Shown: positions 17,953 to 28,352 of the stretch, in pieces
Layout of the letters: each line of letters begins with the position of its first letter
How positions within the stretch are numbered: the first letter of the stretch is position 1
DNA from: an uncultured Chloroflexia bacterium
GTDB lineage: Bacteria; Chloroflexota; Limnocylindria; Limnocylindrales; CSP1-4
NCBI GenBank assembly: GCA_963720755.1
Contig: CAVRGP010000015.1
Location: 480,001 to 544,000 of the forward strand
DNA length: 64,000 bases
Reading direction: 5' to 3'
Program-made: the position numbers and the translations under genes
The notes under the pieces: generated by a model
Seen by the model: only the letters and a program-made list of their open reading frames with translations
Told to the model about the DNA's origin: nothing
The model's database searches: none

Positions 17953-19301
17953 TGCGCCGACCGCTTGCGACGGTGCTCGCCCTGGTCATGCTGGTCAGCG
18001 TCGTCCCGACGGCCACCGCGGCCGCTCTGGCCACGTTCGGAACGCCGAGCGCCACCTCGACGTATGGCCAGGGGATCGACTTCGCCCAGCCGGTCTCGGT
18101 CGGAGCCCCGATCGGACGAGTCGAGCTCCTGTTGACCGTGGCGGACGCTATCGGTCCGGACGTCACGGAGATCCCGGACCTGCCTGCGACCGGGTCAACG
18201 ACGTTGACCTATACGCTTGATACCTCCGGTCCTTCGCACCTCATCCCGAACACGAGGATCGTCGCTCGATGGCGACTGTTCGCGGCCGACGATGCGACCG
18301 TCGTCGCGCTCGGGCCGCCTGTCACGATCGTCTACGCCGACGATCGGTTCACCTGGCAGACGAAGTCCTCCGACCTTGTCCGGGTGCACTGGTACGAGGG
18401 CGATGCATCGTTCGCGGCAAAGGCGCTCAAGCTGGGCGAGGACGAGGTCCGGGCCACCTCGGAGCTGCTCGGGGTGACCGAGACGGACCCGATCGACTTC
18501 TTCGTCTATGCCAACGTGGATGACTTCTACGGCGCGCTCGGGCCTGGCGCCCATGAGAACGTGGCCGGCACGGCCTATGCCGACATCCGGACGTTGCTCG
18601 GGCTGATCCCTCCGGACCAGATCAACGACCCACTCGTGGCGGTCCGGATCCCGCACGAATTCGTCCACATGGTCTTCGATACCGCGTCGAAGAACCCGTA
18701 TCACAGCCCCCCGCGCTGGCTCAACGAAGGCCTGGCCGTGTACCAGAGCGAAGGGTACGGATCCAGCGATCGCGGCCAGGTGAAGTCGGCCGCACAGTCC
18801 GGGACCCTGATCCCCCTCGACGGTCTGACCGGCCAGTTCCCGAACGGCCAGGATTTCTTCCTCGCCTATGCCGAGAGCGTCGCGGCCGTGAAGTTCATGA
18901 TCGACACCTACGGATCAGATGCGCTGGTGACGCTCATCCGCTCGTATGCGGAGGGACGGACCGATGCCGAGGCCTTCACCGCCGCGCTCGGCCTGGATAT
19001 GACCGCGTTCGGGCAAGCCTGGTTCGAGGACGTCGGAGCGACGGCGCCGGAGCGGTTCGGACCGCAGCCCGCACCGCCCGGTCCGGTCCCTGCTGCCTGG
19101 ACCGGAGCAGGGGGTGCGCAGGCGAGCGGTGCCCCGCCAGCGACGGCCGCGCCCTCCCCGGCGACGCCCGGGTCCTCAGCGTCGGACGACGGGCTTGGCC
19201 CGGCGATCGCGTTGATCGCCGTGGCCCTCGCCGTGATCGCTGTCGCCGTGATCGCCATGGCACGCCGTCGCCGGCCGACTCGAACGGACGGTTGGTCGTG
19301 A
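17952..19301 (+). CDS. Exported peptidase MA-family Zn metalloprotease with C-terminal membrane anchor
   Basis: Signal peptide, HEFVH, PRWLNEGLA, AYAES, Pro/Ala linker, TM followed by RRRR. Confidence 0.85.
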   Translation: MRRPLATVLALVMLVSVVPTATAAALATFGTPSATSTYGQGIDFAQPVSVGAPIGRVELLLTVADAIGPDVTEIPDLPATGSTTLTYTLDTSGPSHLIPNTRIVARWRLFAADDATVVALGPPVTIVYADDRFTWQTKSSDLVRVHWYEGDASFAAKALKLGEDEVRATSELLGVTETDPIDFFVYANVDDFYGALGPGAHENVAGTAYADIRTLLGLIPPDQINDPLVAVRIPHEFVHMVFDTASKNPYHSPPRWLNEGLAVYQSEGYGSSDRGQVKSAAQSGTLIPLDGLTGQFPNGQDFFLAYAESVAAVKFMIDTYGSDALVTLIRSYAEGRTDAEAFTAALGLDMTAFGQAWFEDVGATAPERFGPQPAPPGPVPAAWTGAGGAQASGAPPATAAPSPATPGSSASDDGLGPAIALIAVALAVIAVAVIAMARRRRPTRTDGWS

Positions 19302-20080
19302 GTGTCGCGGCTCGACTGCGGGCGATCCCGAGCTGGCAGATCACTCTCGGCGTGGCCCTCCTGGCGCTCGGCTTTCTGACCGCCGCGCAGCTTGCATCAG
19401 AAGGCCCGCGGGTCAGCTACACGACCCAGGAGCGAACCCCACTCGTCGAGACAGTCACGGAACTGCAGTCACAGCAGGATGCTCTCAAGGCCGGCATCCT
19501 CGACCTTCGCGCCCAGATCCAGGGCGTGGAGACCGAAGGCACCGGCTCGGAGGCCCTGGTCCGTCAACTCAATGCCGAACTCCAGGCGGCGCGGATCGCT
19601 GCCGGTCTGATCCCACTGACCGGTCCGGGGATCGTCATCCAACTCGAAGATTCCCAGGACCCGGTCCCGCCCGGGGGCACGGAGGCCGACTACCTGGTGA
19701 GTTCTCGCGATATCCGCGGCGTCGTGGTCGCCCTGTGGGGGGCGGGCGCGGAGGGGGTCGCGGTCAACGGGGAGCGGATCACCTCGACCTCAGCGATCAT
19801 CGATGTCGGTCCGTCCGTCCTGGTCAACTCGGCGTACCTGACCCTGCCGTACCAGATCACGGCCCTCGGTCCGCCCGACCTGTATCAGCACCTCAGCAGC
19901 AACCCGGCGTTCATCGACTTCCTGCGGGCACGGAGCGATGGTTACGGGATCCGGGTGTCGCTCGCGGAGCCGGAGTCGGTGGACATGCCTGCCTTCGCCG
20001 GGACGATCACTCTGCGCTACTCCCGTCCGATCGCCTCGCCCAGTGCCGGGCCATCCAGCTCGCCGGACGGGGGAGGCTGA
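19298..20080 (+). CDS. DUF881 (YlxW/YlxX-like) membrane coiled-coil protein
   Basis: N-terminal TM, coiled coil, AGLIPLTGPGIVIQLED, LWGAGAEGVAVNGERI; GTGA overlap. Confidence 0.88.
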   Translation: MSVAARLRAIPSWQITLGVALLALGFLTAAQLASEGPRVSYTTQERTPLVETVTELQSQQDALKAGILDLRAQIQGVETEGTGSEALVRQLNAELQAARIAAGLIPLTGPGIVIQLEDSQDPVPPGGTEADYLVSSRDIRGVVVALWGAGAEGVAVNGERITSTSAIIDVGPSVLVNSAYLTLPYQITALGPPDLYQHLSSNPAFIDFLRARSDGYGIRVSLAEPESVDMPAFAGTITLRYSRPIASPSAGPSSSPDGGG

Positions 20081-20082
20081 CC

Positions 20083-20757
20083 GTGCGCCGGATGCGGAGC
20101 CAGATCGCCATCGCCCTCGTGACCGTCATCCTCGGGTTGCTCGTGGTCGTTCAACTGCGCTCGCAGGCGGGCCCGACCGGGCTTGCCCAGCTGTCGTCGC
20201 AGGATCTCACCGTCCTCGTCGCCAACCTCAACGCGCGGAACGACCAGCTGCGGCGCGAGACGGCCACGCTTGATCGGGAACTGGCGACGCTGGTCCAGAA
20301 TCGGGCGAAGGGTGGAGCGTCCGTGACCGAGATCGGCGCCGATCTCGACCGGGTGCGCGCCTACGCAGGCCTTGACCCGGTCGGCGGGCCGGGAGTGAAG
20401 ATCGCCGTCCGCGGCCCCATCGACGCTGCCGGCGTCGAGGAGTTGCTCAATGAGTTGCGCAACGCCGGAGCCGAGGCGATCGGGGTCGGCGGCGTGCGAG
20501 TCGTCACCGGAGTGATCGCCGTCGGTGGCGCCGGTGTCGTCGAGGTCGAGGGCGTCCGCCTCGGGACCAGTTTCGACATCGACGCGATCGGGGCGCCCGA
20601 CAAGCTGACCGGCTCGCTGACCCGGTCCGGTGGGGTCGTCGCCCAGCTCGCTGCCACATTGCCGGACGTCACCCTGACCGTGACGCCGATGGATCGGCTG
20701 GAGCTGCCGGCGACCGATCGGACGCTCGTACCGGCGCATGGCAGCCCGCGGCTTTGA
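20083..20757 (+). CDS. DUF881 protein (second paralog)
   Basis: TM, coiled coil, AGLDPVGGPGV, LLNELRNAGAEAI; GGAGG SD. Confidence 0.88.
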   Translation: MRRMRSQIAIALVTVILGLLVVVQLRSQAGPTGLAQLSSQDLTVLVANLNARNDQLRRETATLDRELATLVQNRAKGGASVTEIGADLDRVRAYAGLDPVGGPGVKIAVRGPIDAAGVEELLNELRNAGAEAIGVGGVRVVTGVIAVGGAGVVEVEGVRLGTSFDIDAIGAPDKLTGSLTRSGGVVAQLAATLPDVTLTVTPMDRLELPATDRTLVPAHGSPRL

Positions 20758-20772
20758 TAGGCTGGGCCGCCC

Positions 20773-21039
20773 ATGTCTGACCTGCCGGTACTCACGCTGC
20801 TCCTCGGCGACGTCGTCCGTCTCCGGAGGCGCCACCCATGCGGAGGCACCGATTGGTTGGTCGATCGGGTCGGCGCGGATATCGGGCTTCGCTGCGTGAC
20901 CTGCAGCCGACATGTGCTGCTTGAGCGACGTACGGTGGAGCGTCGGATCCTCGCCTTCGTGTCACGGGGTGACCCTGTCGTGACCGCCGCGGTGGCACAT
21001 GCAAGCGGACCAGCCTCTGACGACGGCGCTCGCGGGTGA
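20773..21039 (+). CDS. DUF951 family protein
   Basis: GDVVRLRRRHPCGG..RVGADIGLRCVTC motif. Confidence 0.88.
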   Translation: MSDLPVLTLLLGDVVRLRRRHPCGGTDWLVDRVGADIGLRCVTCSRHVLLERRTVERRILAFVSRGDPVVTAAVAHASGPASDDGARG

Positions 21040-22547
21040 CCGCCGCCACCCTGAGCCCCGAACCGGCCGAGACCGGGCCGCTGGCCGCCTTCCGCAACGG
21101 CGGGTTCCTGCGGCTCTGGCTGTCGCAGGTGACCACCCAGGTCGGCGGGAACATGGTCCTGTTCGGGCTGACCGTGATCGTCTTCAACTCGACGAAGTCG
21201 AACACCGCGGTCAGCTTCCTGGTCCTGACCTTCCTGGTCCCGGCGGTCCTGTTCTCCGCGGTGGCCGGGGTCTACGTGGACAGGATCGACCGCCGGCTGA
21301 TCCTCATCACGACGAATGTCCTGCGCGGCGCGGCCTTCATCGCGCTCTACCTCGCCGGCACCAACCTTGCCCTCATCCTGGTCCTCAACGTCCTCGTCTC
21401 GACGTTCACGGTGTTCTTTGCACCTGCCGAGTTGGCGATGATCCCGGTCCTCGTTCCTCGTGAGCAGCTGCTGGCAGCCAACGGGATCTTCACCCTGACC
21501 TTGAATGCCGCGTTCGCCCTCGGATTCGCCCTGCTCGGTCCGTTGGTCGTGAACGTCGCCGGCCCCGAGGCGGTGATCATCGTGGTCGCCGGGCTGTACT
21601 TCCTCGCCGCGGTGTTCTGTTTCACGCTCCCGGCATCGCCACCACCGCCATCGACCGCTTCCGAGCCGCACAGTGGGCTCGGGGTCGGTGAGGCCGAACG
21701 CGCGGTCGGATCGACGTTCGTCCAGTTGCGCGAGGGCTTTGCCTATATCCGGGCGAACCGGTCGATCACCTGGTCCCTGATCTACCTCGCGGTCACGGCT
21801 TCGCTGGTCGGTGTCCTTGGCGTCCTTGGGCCGGCCTTTGCGCAGGACACGCTGGGCCTCGAAGCGAAAGACTTCGCGGTCGTCGTTCTGCCGCTCGGGT
21901 TCGGGATCGTGACCGGGATCCTCTTGCTCAATTCCTATGGCCGCTACTTCCACCGCCGCAGGGTCATCGAGGGGGCGATGATCGCCCTCGGGATCCTGCT
22001 CGCGGCACTGTCCACAGCCGGTCCGATCAGCCGGTTTCTGCAGCGGGCGGACCAACCCGGTGGCATCGACCTGTCGACGGTCACCTCGCTGCTGGCGGTC
22101 GTCGTCGTCATCGCGTTCTTCGCCGGCATCGCTTATGGGTTGGTCGCGATCCCGTCGCAGACCCAGCTCCAGGAGGACCTGCCCGAGGACGTCCGGGGGC
22201 GCGTGTTCGGCGTCCTGGGGATGTTGGTGTCGGTGGCCAGCTTCCTGCCGATCATCATCGTCGGCCCGATCTCCGACTCGGTCGGGACCACTGCGGTCAT
22301 CTTCACGATGGCCATCGTGGTCCTGATCATCGGGGTCGTGTCAGTCGTGACCCGCGGGCCGTTGCGCACCACGGAAGCGCAACCAGCCAGTGACCCTGAG
22401 ACCGTCGATCCGATCGCCGCGGCGCTCGGCGCCGATCTGCCCACCTGGACCGGACACGACTCGCCCGCGACGGCTGACGGAGGGTCGCCCACGGATGCGT
22501 CCGATCTCGACCGCTCGGGCCCGGGCGACCCGACCGACCGCGACTAG
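21036..22547 (+). CDS. MFS transporter (DHA3/MFS_3-like)
   Basis: FLRLWLSQ, AGVYVDRIDRR, QTQLQEDLPEDVRGRVFG; GTGA overlap. Confidence 0.88.
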   Translation: MTAATLSPEPAETGPLAAFRNGGFLRLWLSQVTTQVGGNMVLFGLTVIVFNSTKSNTAVSFLVLTFLVPAVLFSAVAGVYVDRIDRRLILITTNVLRGAAFIALYLAGTNLALILVLNVLVSTFTVFFAPAELAMIPVLVPREQLLAANGIFTLTLNAAFALGFALLGPLVVNVAGPEAVIIVVAGLYFLAAVFCFTLPASPPPPSTASEPHSGLGVGEAERAVGSTFVQLREGFAYIRANRSITWSLIYLAVTASLVGVLGVLGPAFAQDTLGLEAKDFAVVVLPLGFGIVTGILLLNSYGRYFHRRRVIEGAMIALGILLAALSTAGPISRFLQRADQPGGIDLSTVTSLLAVVVVIAFFAGIAYGLVAIPSQTQLQEDLPEDVRGRVFGVLGMLVSVASFLPIIIVGPISDSVGTTAVIFTMAIVVLIIGVVSVVTRGPLRTTEAQPASDPETVDPIAAALGADLPTWTGHDSPATADGGSPTDASDLDRSGPGDPTDRD

Positions 22548-22556
22548 ACGCGGCTG

Positions 22557-23549
22557 ATGACGAAGATCGCGATCGTCTTCACCGGCGGGACCATCAGCAC
22601 CGCCTTCGACCCGGTGGCGGGGGGCAATGTCCCGGCACTCGACGGAGCCGAGATCATCGCCAGGACACCAGGCCTCGGCGATATCGCCGATATCGTGCCG
22701 ATCGACCGTGGTCGTATACCGGCCAGCCACTTCACGTTTCCGGACCTCCTTCGGATCGCCGCGGACCTGCAAGCCGCGGTCGCCGATCCGACGATCGATG
22801 GCGCGGTCGTGGTCCAGGGCACCGATACGATCGAGGAGACCAGCTTCCTCTGGGACCTCGTCACGAGCGGTCCGAAACCGATCGTCGTGACCGGCGCCAT
22901 GCGCGCGTCCGATGACCCCGCCTTCGATGGCCCGGACAATCTTCGCAATGCGGTGCGTGTCGCGGCGGCTCCATCGATGCGCGATGTCGGTGTGGTGGTC
23001 TGCCTCGGCGGGACGATCGAGGCCGCCGACGACGTGGTCAAGCTGCACACGTCCGCGCTCGACACGTTCGCGAGTCCGAATGGCGGGTCCCTCGGACGGG
23101 TGCGGGCCGCCGAAGTCATCAAGCTTCGCGAACGGAGCCCGAGGCGAGCGTTGGTCACCTCGCGGGCGGCGGAGCGCGTCCACCTCATCACGGCCACGGT
23201 CGCGATGGATGGCACACTCGTCGATGCCGCGACACGCTCCGGCGCCGATGGCATCGTCATCGCCGGCACCGGATCCGGCAACACCCACCCGTCTGTCCTG
23301 GCAGCCGCGACGAGGGCGATCGCTGCGGACATCCCGGTCGTCCTCGCGAGCCGATGTCCGGGCGGTCAGCCGGCTCCCGTCTACGCGTTCCCCGGCGGTG
23401 GGGTGACCTGGGTCTCTGCCGGGGCCATCCCGATCGGTCATCTCTGTGCCGTCAAGGCCCGGGTCGCCCTCGCACTGGGTCTCGGGGCTGGCCTCAGGCG
23501 CGACGAACTGGCAACCCTTCTCGCCGACCCGCCGGCCAGGCACCTCTGA
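22557..23549 (+). CDS. ansA: L-asparaginase
   Basis: TGGTIS and QGTDTIEET catalytic motifs, TGAMR, GSGN. Confidence 0.88.
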   Translation: MTKIAIVFTGGTISTAFDPVAGGNVPALDGAEIIARTPGLGDIADIVPIDRGRIPASHFTFPDLLRIAADLQAAVADPTIDGAVVVQGTDTIEETSFLWDLVTSGPKPIVVTGAMRASDDPAFDGPDNLRNAVRVAAAPSMRDVGVVVCLGGTIEAADDVVKLHTSALDTFASPNGGSLGRVRAAEVIKLRERSPRRALVTSRAAERVHLITATVAMDGTLVDAATRSGADGIVIAGTGSGNTHPSVLAAATRAIAADIPVVLASRCPGGQPAPVYAFPGGGVTWVSAGAIPIGHLCAVKARVALALGLGAGLRRDELATLLADPPARHL

Positions 23550-23552
23550 TCG

Positions 23553-25202
23553 ATGCCGCTTGACAGCCTGATCACCGGTCGGATCGCCACCCTCGCCGGT
23601 GAGACCGGGTTCGGCTGGGTCGAGGCGATCGGGATCCGCGACGGACGGATCGCCTTCGCCGGGACGGAAGTCGACCTCGAGACACGGGCGGATCCGTTCA
23701 CCGAGCGGATCGCGCTCGGGCCCGACCAGGTCGCCATCCCGGGGATGACCGATGCGCATCTTCATCTGGCCGCCGCTGCCGAAGCCCGCTCGCAGGTGGA
23801 CCTCAGCGATACCCGGAGTCTCGAGGAAGGTCTGATCCGGATCGGGACGGCCCACCGGGCGATCGCCGATCGAGATGCCTGGCTCCAGGGCCACGGTTGG
23901 GACGCGGATCGCTGGGGGGCCTGGCCATCCGCCGACGACCTCGAGAGCGTGGCGCCGGGACGGCGCAGCGCACTCTGGGCGCATGACCACCACGCGCTGC
24001 TGGTGTCGCGGTCGGCGTTGGTGTCGGCCGGGTTCGACCCGCAGGCGGCGGACCCGCCCGGCGGCGTCGTCGGCCGGGCGCAGGACGGGAGGCCGGACGG
24101 CCTGTTGTACGAGAGCGCGACGAGATTCGTGTCCGTCCACCTGCCGTCGACCTGGGGTGTTGATCTGGAGGAGTCGATCCTCGCCGTCTCGGTCGAGCTG
24201 CTCGCCCTCGGGATCGTGGCCGTCCATGACCCTGGGGGCGTCGCGCCCGACCCGGACCTCGAGCGGAGCTATCCCGTGTACGCCCATCTGTCGGAGACGG
24301 GCAGACTGCCGATCCGGGTCATGGCGTCCCTGCGCGAGGAAGCGCTCCCGACCGCGCTCGCGGGCGGTCTCCGGAGCGGTGACATCCTCGGGGAGGATCC
24401 GACGGGCCGGGCGCGAGTCGGCTGGCTGAAGTGTTTCGCAGATGGCTCGCTCGGGTCGCGGACGGCCGCACTCCTCGACGATATGGAGCCGGAGCCAGAC
24501 CGTCCGCTCCCACCGGAACTGCGACGCGGTCTGTGGACCACCGAGCCTCCACGACTCCGGGAGCTCGTGGAACGGGCAGCTGCGGGCGGGATCGCCAGCC
24601 AGGTCCATGCCATCGGCGATGCTGCAGTCCGCGCCGCGTTGGACGTCCTGATCCCAACGGCCGGGCGCGTCCCCCTCATGCCAAGGGTCGAGCACGTCCA
24701 GTTGCTCGATCGGGCCGATCGCACCAGGTTCGCGGCGGGCGGGGTCGCCGCCAGCGTCCAACCGTCACACCTGGGCAGCGATGCGGCGACCGCGAGGCGG
24801 CTCTGGGGTACGCGGGCCGAGCGGGACGGCTACGCCTGGCAGTCGATCGCCGAGACCGGTGCCATCCTCGCGTTCGGGACCGATGCCCCGGTGGAATCGT
24901 TCGACCCATGGCCGGGGATCGCCCTGGCGGTTCGCCGCGAAGACCCACGCTGGCCGGCCGGGACGCCGGCGTTCGGGCCGGATCAGGCCCTCACCGTGGA
25001 GCGAGCCATCCGAGCCGCTTGCATCGACCCCGCTCGCGCGGCACGCGATGACGGTCGCGGTCGCCTGACGCTGGGGCAGAGAGCGGACGTGGTGGTGATC
25101 CCGGCTGCCGCGATCGACGAGCCGGTCGAACCCGGGGGACCGCTTGCACGTGCCCGTCCCACGATCGTGGTCGTGGACGGCCGGGTGGTCTTCGAAGCCT
25201 GA
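23553..25202 (+). CDS. YtcJ-like amidohydrolase (Amidohydro_3)
   Basis: PGMTDAHLH, KCFADGSLGSRTA, HAIGD, RVEHVQ, FGTDAPV. Confidence 0.9.
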   Translation: MPLDSLITGRIATLAGETGFGWVEAIGIRDGRIAFAGTEVDLETRADPFTERIALGPDQVAIPGMTDAHLHLAAAAEARSQVDLSDTRSLEEGLIRIGTAHRAIADRDAWLQGHGWDADRWGAWPSADDLESVAPGRRSALWAHDHHALLVSRSALVSAGFDPQAADPPGGVVGRAQDGRPDGLLYESATRFVSVHLPSTWGVDLEESILAVSVELLALGIVAVHDPGGVAPDPDLERSYPVYAHLSETGRLPIRVMASLREEALPTALAGGLRSGDILGEDPTGRARVGWLKCFADGSLGSRTAALLDDMEPEPDRPLPPELRRGLWTTEPPRLRELVERAAAGGIASQVHAIGDAAVRAALDVLIPTAGRVPLMPRVEHVQLLDRADRTRFAAGGVAASVQPSHLGSDAATARRLWGTRAERDGYAWQSIAETGAILAFGTDAPVESFDPWPGIALAVRREDPRWPAGTPAFGPDQALTVERAIRAACIDPARAARDDGRGRLTLGQRADVVVIPAAAIDEPVEPGGPLARARPTIVVVDGRVVFEA

Positions 25203-25215
25203 TCCCGCCGCGAAC

Positions 25216-26607
25216 TCAGTGTGGGCCTGGACGTGGACCCAGCTCGCGAAGGGCGTCGGCGAACAACCCGGCGAAGATCCGCGACGTCGACGGGAACGCA
25301 TGGATGGTCTCGGCCAGGACGTCGACCGGGACGTGCGCCTTGATGGCAACGACGCACTCATGGATCGCCGCCGATGCATCGGGGCAGGCCATCGCCGCTC
25401 CGACCAGCTCGCGGGTCGCTCGATCGACCACGACCGTCACGTGGCCCATCGTTGCCTGGAGGGCGTATCCACGGGTGCTCGTCGCGAAGTCGGCGACCTG
25501 CTCGAATGCGTCGAGGCCGGCAGCGACCGCCTGGTCCAGGGTCAGCCCGACCGACGACGCCTCCGGATCGGTGTAGGTCGCCCGTGGGAGTGCCCGGTAG
25601 TCGGGGGTGATGGCCTCGCCGAGCGCCATGCGGACGGCCAGCTCGCCCTGATAGTGGGCCTGATGGGTGTGGAGCTCCGGGCCGGCCGGATCGCCGATCA
25701 CCCACAGGCCATCGGAGATCCGCAGTCGCCCGTCGCGAGGCAACGGCGTTCGCCCGCTGGTGTCGATCCCGTAGTGTTCCAGGCCAAGATCCTCGATCGG
25801 AAACGCACGGCCGACCGCCAGGAGGACGGCGTGTCCCTCGACGGATGATCCATCGTCAAGGTCGATGCTGTGGGCGCCATCGTCTCCGGCGTGGGCTCGG
25901 GCACGGACGGCACGGACCCCCGTTCGAACCACGACGCCATCGCGCTCCAGGGTGGCCCGAAAGACCGCCGAGTTTCGGGGGTGGTCCGTCGGAGCGAGGC
26001 GTGGGCCCGACTGGACGATGGTCGTGGGAACCCCGAACCGCTGGAAGACCTGCGCCAGCTCACAGCCGGTCGGACCTCCGCCAAGGACGATCAGGCTGCG
26101 CGGCAGGGTCCGGGCCAGGGTCGCCTGTTCATTGGTCCACGGGTCGACCGTGTCGATCCCCTCGATCGGCGGTCGCTTCGATGTCGACCCGACCGCGATG
26201 ACGACATCCCTCGCCTGCAGGTGGTGGACGGCGCGATCGTGGTGGACGGTGACCTTGCCGCGATCGCTGATCGTCGCGACCCCGCGATAGACGGCTGCCC
26301 CGGCGTCGCGCAGGCGATCGGCATGCCCGCTGTCGTCGGGTTCGGGGGCGTCGGGCGCCCGGTTGACCATGTAATCGCGGGCTGCCGAGGCCGCGGGCCA
26401 TTCGTAGGTCTCCGGGTTCGCATGATGCCGGCGGGCGCCGTCGAGCAGCGATTTCGAGGGCAGACAGCCGATGTGCGGGCAACTGCCGCCGAACCAGCGA
26501 CGATCGACGATCGCGACCGACGCGCCGAGTTCGCGCGCCTTGTAGGCGGCAGCTTCGCCGGCCGGCCCGGCGCCGATGATGACGAAGTCGAACGTGTCCA
26601 TGTCCAT
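25216..26607 (-). CDS. Pyridine nucleotide-disulfide oxidoreductase (dihydrolipoyl dehydrogenase/MerA family)
   Basis: GAGPAG, GGSCPHIGCLPSK redox motif, GGGPTGCE, IHAFPS. Confidence 0.9.
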   Translation of the reverse strand: MDMDTFDFVIIGAGPAGEAAAYKARELGASVAIVDRRWFGGSCPHIGCLPSKSLLDGARRHHANPETYEWPAASAARDYMVNRAPDAPEPDDSGHADRLRDAGAAVYRGVATISDRGKVTVHHDRAVHHLQARDVVIAVGSTSKRPPIEGIDTVDPWTNEQATLARTLPRSLIVLGGGPTGCELAQVFQRFGVPTTIVQSGPRLAPTDHPRNSAVFRATLERDGVVVRTGVRAVRARAHAGDDGAHSIDLDDGSSVEGHAVLLAVGRAFPIEDLGLEHYGIDTSGRTPLPRDGRLRISDGLWVIGDPAGPELHTHQAHYQGELAVRMALGEAITPDYRALPRATYTDPEASSVGLTLDQAVAAGLDAFEQVADFATSTRGYALQATMGHVTVVVDRATRELVGAAMACPDASAAIHECVVAIKAHVPVDVLAETIHAFPSTSRIFAGLFADALRELGPRPGPH

Positions 26608-26608
26608 G

Positions 26609-27451
26609 TCAGGTCCTCGGTCCATCGGCGGGCTCGCCGCGCTGTCGGTGGGCTTCGTACAGAAGGATGGCGGCGGTGACCGACACATTCAGGCTGTCGG
26701 CCATGCCGAGCATCGGTAGGCGGACCGCCTCGATATCATCCCCCGTCCAGGCGCCTGAAAGGCCGTCGGCCTCCGAGCCCAGCACCACCGCCAGCCGGCC
26801 GGTCAGGGTCGCGTCCGTGTAGAGGCGTGGGCCATCCACCCTGGCGGCCACGATCCGGAATGCGTGCGCCCGAAGCCAGCCAAGCACCTCGGTCGTGGTC
26901 GCGGACGCGGATGGCACGCTGAAGACGGTTCCGGCGCTGGCTCGGATCGTGTTCGGGTTATACAGGTCCGCGAGTGGATCTGCGACGACGACGGCGTCCG
27001 CCCCAACGCCGTCCGCCGTCCGCAGGACGGCACCAAGGTTGCCGGGCTTTTCGATCCGTTCGAGCACCACCACGAGGGCTGCCTCCGTGATGGGCAGGTC
27101 GGCAAGCGTGAACGTGGGAGTGGTGGCGATGGCGACGAGTCCTTCGCTGCGGTCACCATAGGCGAGCTTGGCGAACACTCCCTCGGTCGTGGGGTGGACG
27201 ATCACCGACCCAGCGGCCAGCCGATCCAGGACGGCCCGGGCGTCCGCTCCGGCCAGGCGAGCCTCACACACGAAGACTTCGACGATATCGAGGCCGGCAT
27301 CGAACGCTCGGCGAACCTCACGGGCGCCATCGATCAGCGTGCGGCCCGTGCGGTCTCGCTCCCGCCGCTCGCGCAGGGCGATCGCAGTTCGCACGCTCGG
27401 ATTACTCGAGCTGGACAGGAGGGGTGGGGTGGGGGAGGCCATCACCCTCAT
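26609..27451 (-). CDS. TrmH/SpoU-family RNA 2'-O-methyltransferase
   Basis: KPGNLGAVLRTA, LGSEADGL, SLNVSV; ATGA overlap. Confidence 0.92.
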   Translation of the reverse strand: MRVMASPTPPLLSSSSNPSVRTAIALRERRERDRTGRTLIDGAREVRRAFDAGLDIVEVFVCEARLAGADARAVLDRLAAGSVIVHPTTEGVFAKLAYGDRSEGLVAIATTPTFTLADLPITEAALVVVLERIEKPGNLGAVLRTADGVGADAVVVADPLADLYNPNTIRASAGTVFSVPSASATTTEVLGWLRAHAFRIVAARVDGPRLYTDATLTGRLAVVLGSEADGLSGAWTGDDIEAVRLPMLGMADSLNVSVTAAILLYEAHRQRGEPADGPRT

Positions 27452-28287
27452 GATGCCCTGCCCGAGAACCTGGCGAAGGCACCAAGGTCGAGACGTCGCC
27501 CATCCGCGGTCTCGATCGACAGATCCCCGGCCTCGACCGTGCCGTGGTTTCGATGCGTCGCGGCGCTCACCAGGCCTGCCAGACGCTCCGCTCCGAGCGA
27601 TGGTGTGTGGGCCGTGAGCAGCAGGAACCCGGCGCCGTCGAGGATGGCGGCGCAAGCAGCCAGGAGATCGGGCAGGTCGCTGTCGATCTGCCAGGCGCCG
27701 GCGCCCGGGCCATGACCGTAGCTCGGCGGATCCAGGACGATCCCGGCGTACCGACGCCCGCGCCGCGCTTCCCGCGAAACGAACGCGCGGGCGTCGTCAA
27801 GGATCCACCGGATGGGCCGGTCCGCAAGCTTGGACAGCTCCGCGTTGCGACGCGCCCAGGCGATCGTCGGGCGAGCCGCGTCGAGGTGGGTGAGGGTCGC
27901 GCCCCGTGCGGCCAGCGCGAGGGTGATGAGTCCGGTGTACGCGAACAGATTGAGGACGGCCGGGGCCGGACCGCGTTCGTCGACCCGCCCGCCAAGCCAA
28001 TCGAGGAGCGCGCCGTGTTCGGGGAAGAGGCCGACCTGGCCAGCCTCGGTCATACGTGTCTCGAACGTGAGGCCGGCGAATGACGTCGGCCACGGTGACG
28101 CCGGGGCTGCCGGACCGGACCAGCCGGCGTCTCGATCGAAACGAAGGTCCGCTGCGGACCACAGCTCGGGTCGACGCCGCGTGCCGAGGGCGCCCGGAGA
28201 CGGTCGATCGATCAACCGCCCCCCGAACCGCTCGAGCCGGGCCGCACCGCCCACGTCGACCAACACGTACCCCGGATCGTCCTGCAT
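27448..28287 (-). CDS. Class I SAM-dependent methyltransferase (RlmI/RlmK-like)
   Basis: QVGLFPE, VLNLFAYTG, GIVLDPPSYG. Confidence 0.85.
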   Translation of the reverse strand: MQDDPGYVLVDVGGAARLERFGGRLIDRPSPGALGTRRRPELWSAADLRFDRDAGWSGPAAPASPWPTSFAGLTFETRMTEAGQVGLFPEHGALLDWLGGRVDERGPAPAVLNLFAYTGLITLALAARGATLTHLDAARPTIAWARRNAELSKLADRPIRWILDDARAFVSREARRGRRYAGIVLDPPSYGHGPGAGAWQIDSDLPDLLAACAAILDGAGFLLLTAHTPSLGAERLAGLVSAATHRNHGTVEAGDLSIETADGRRLDLGAFARFSGRAS

Positions 28288-28352
28288 GCCGTGCATCATG
28301 CACTCGTCGGAGTATGCAGGCCCGCCATTCCACGGTAGAATGCGCGGACCTC

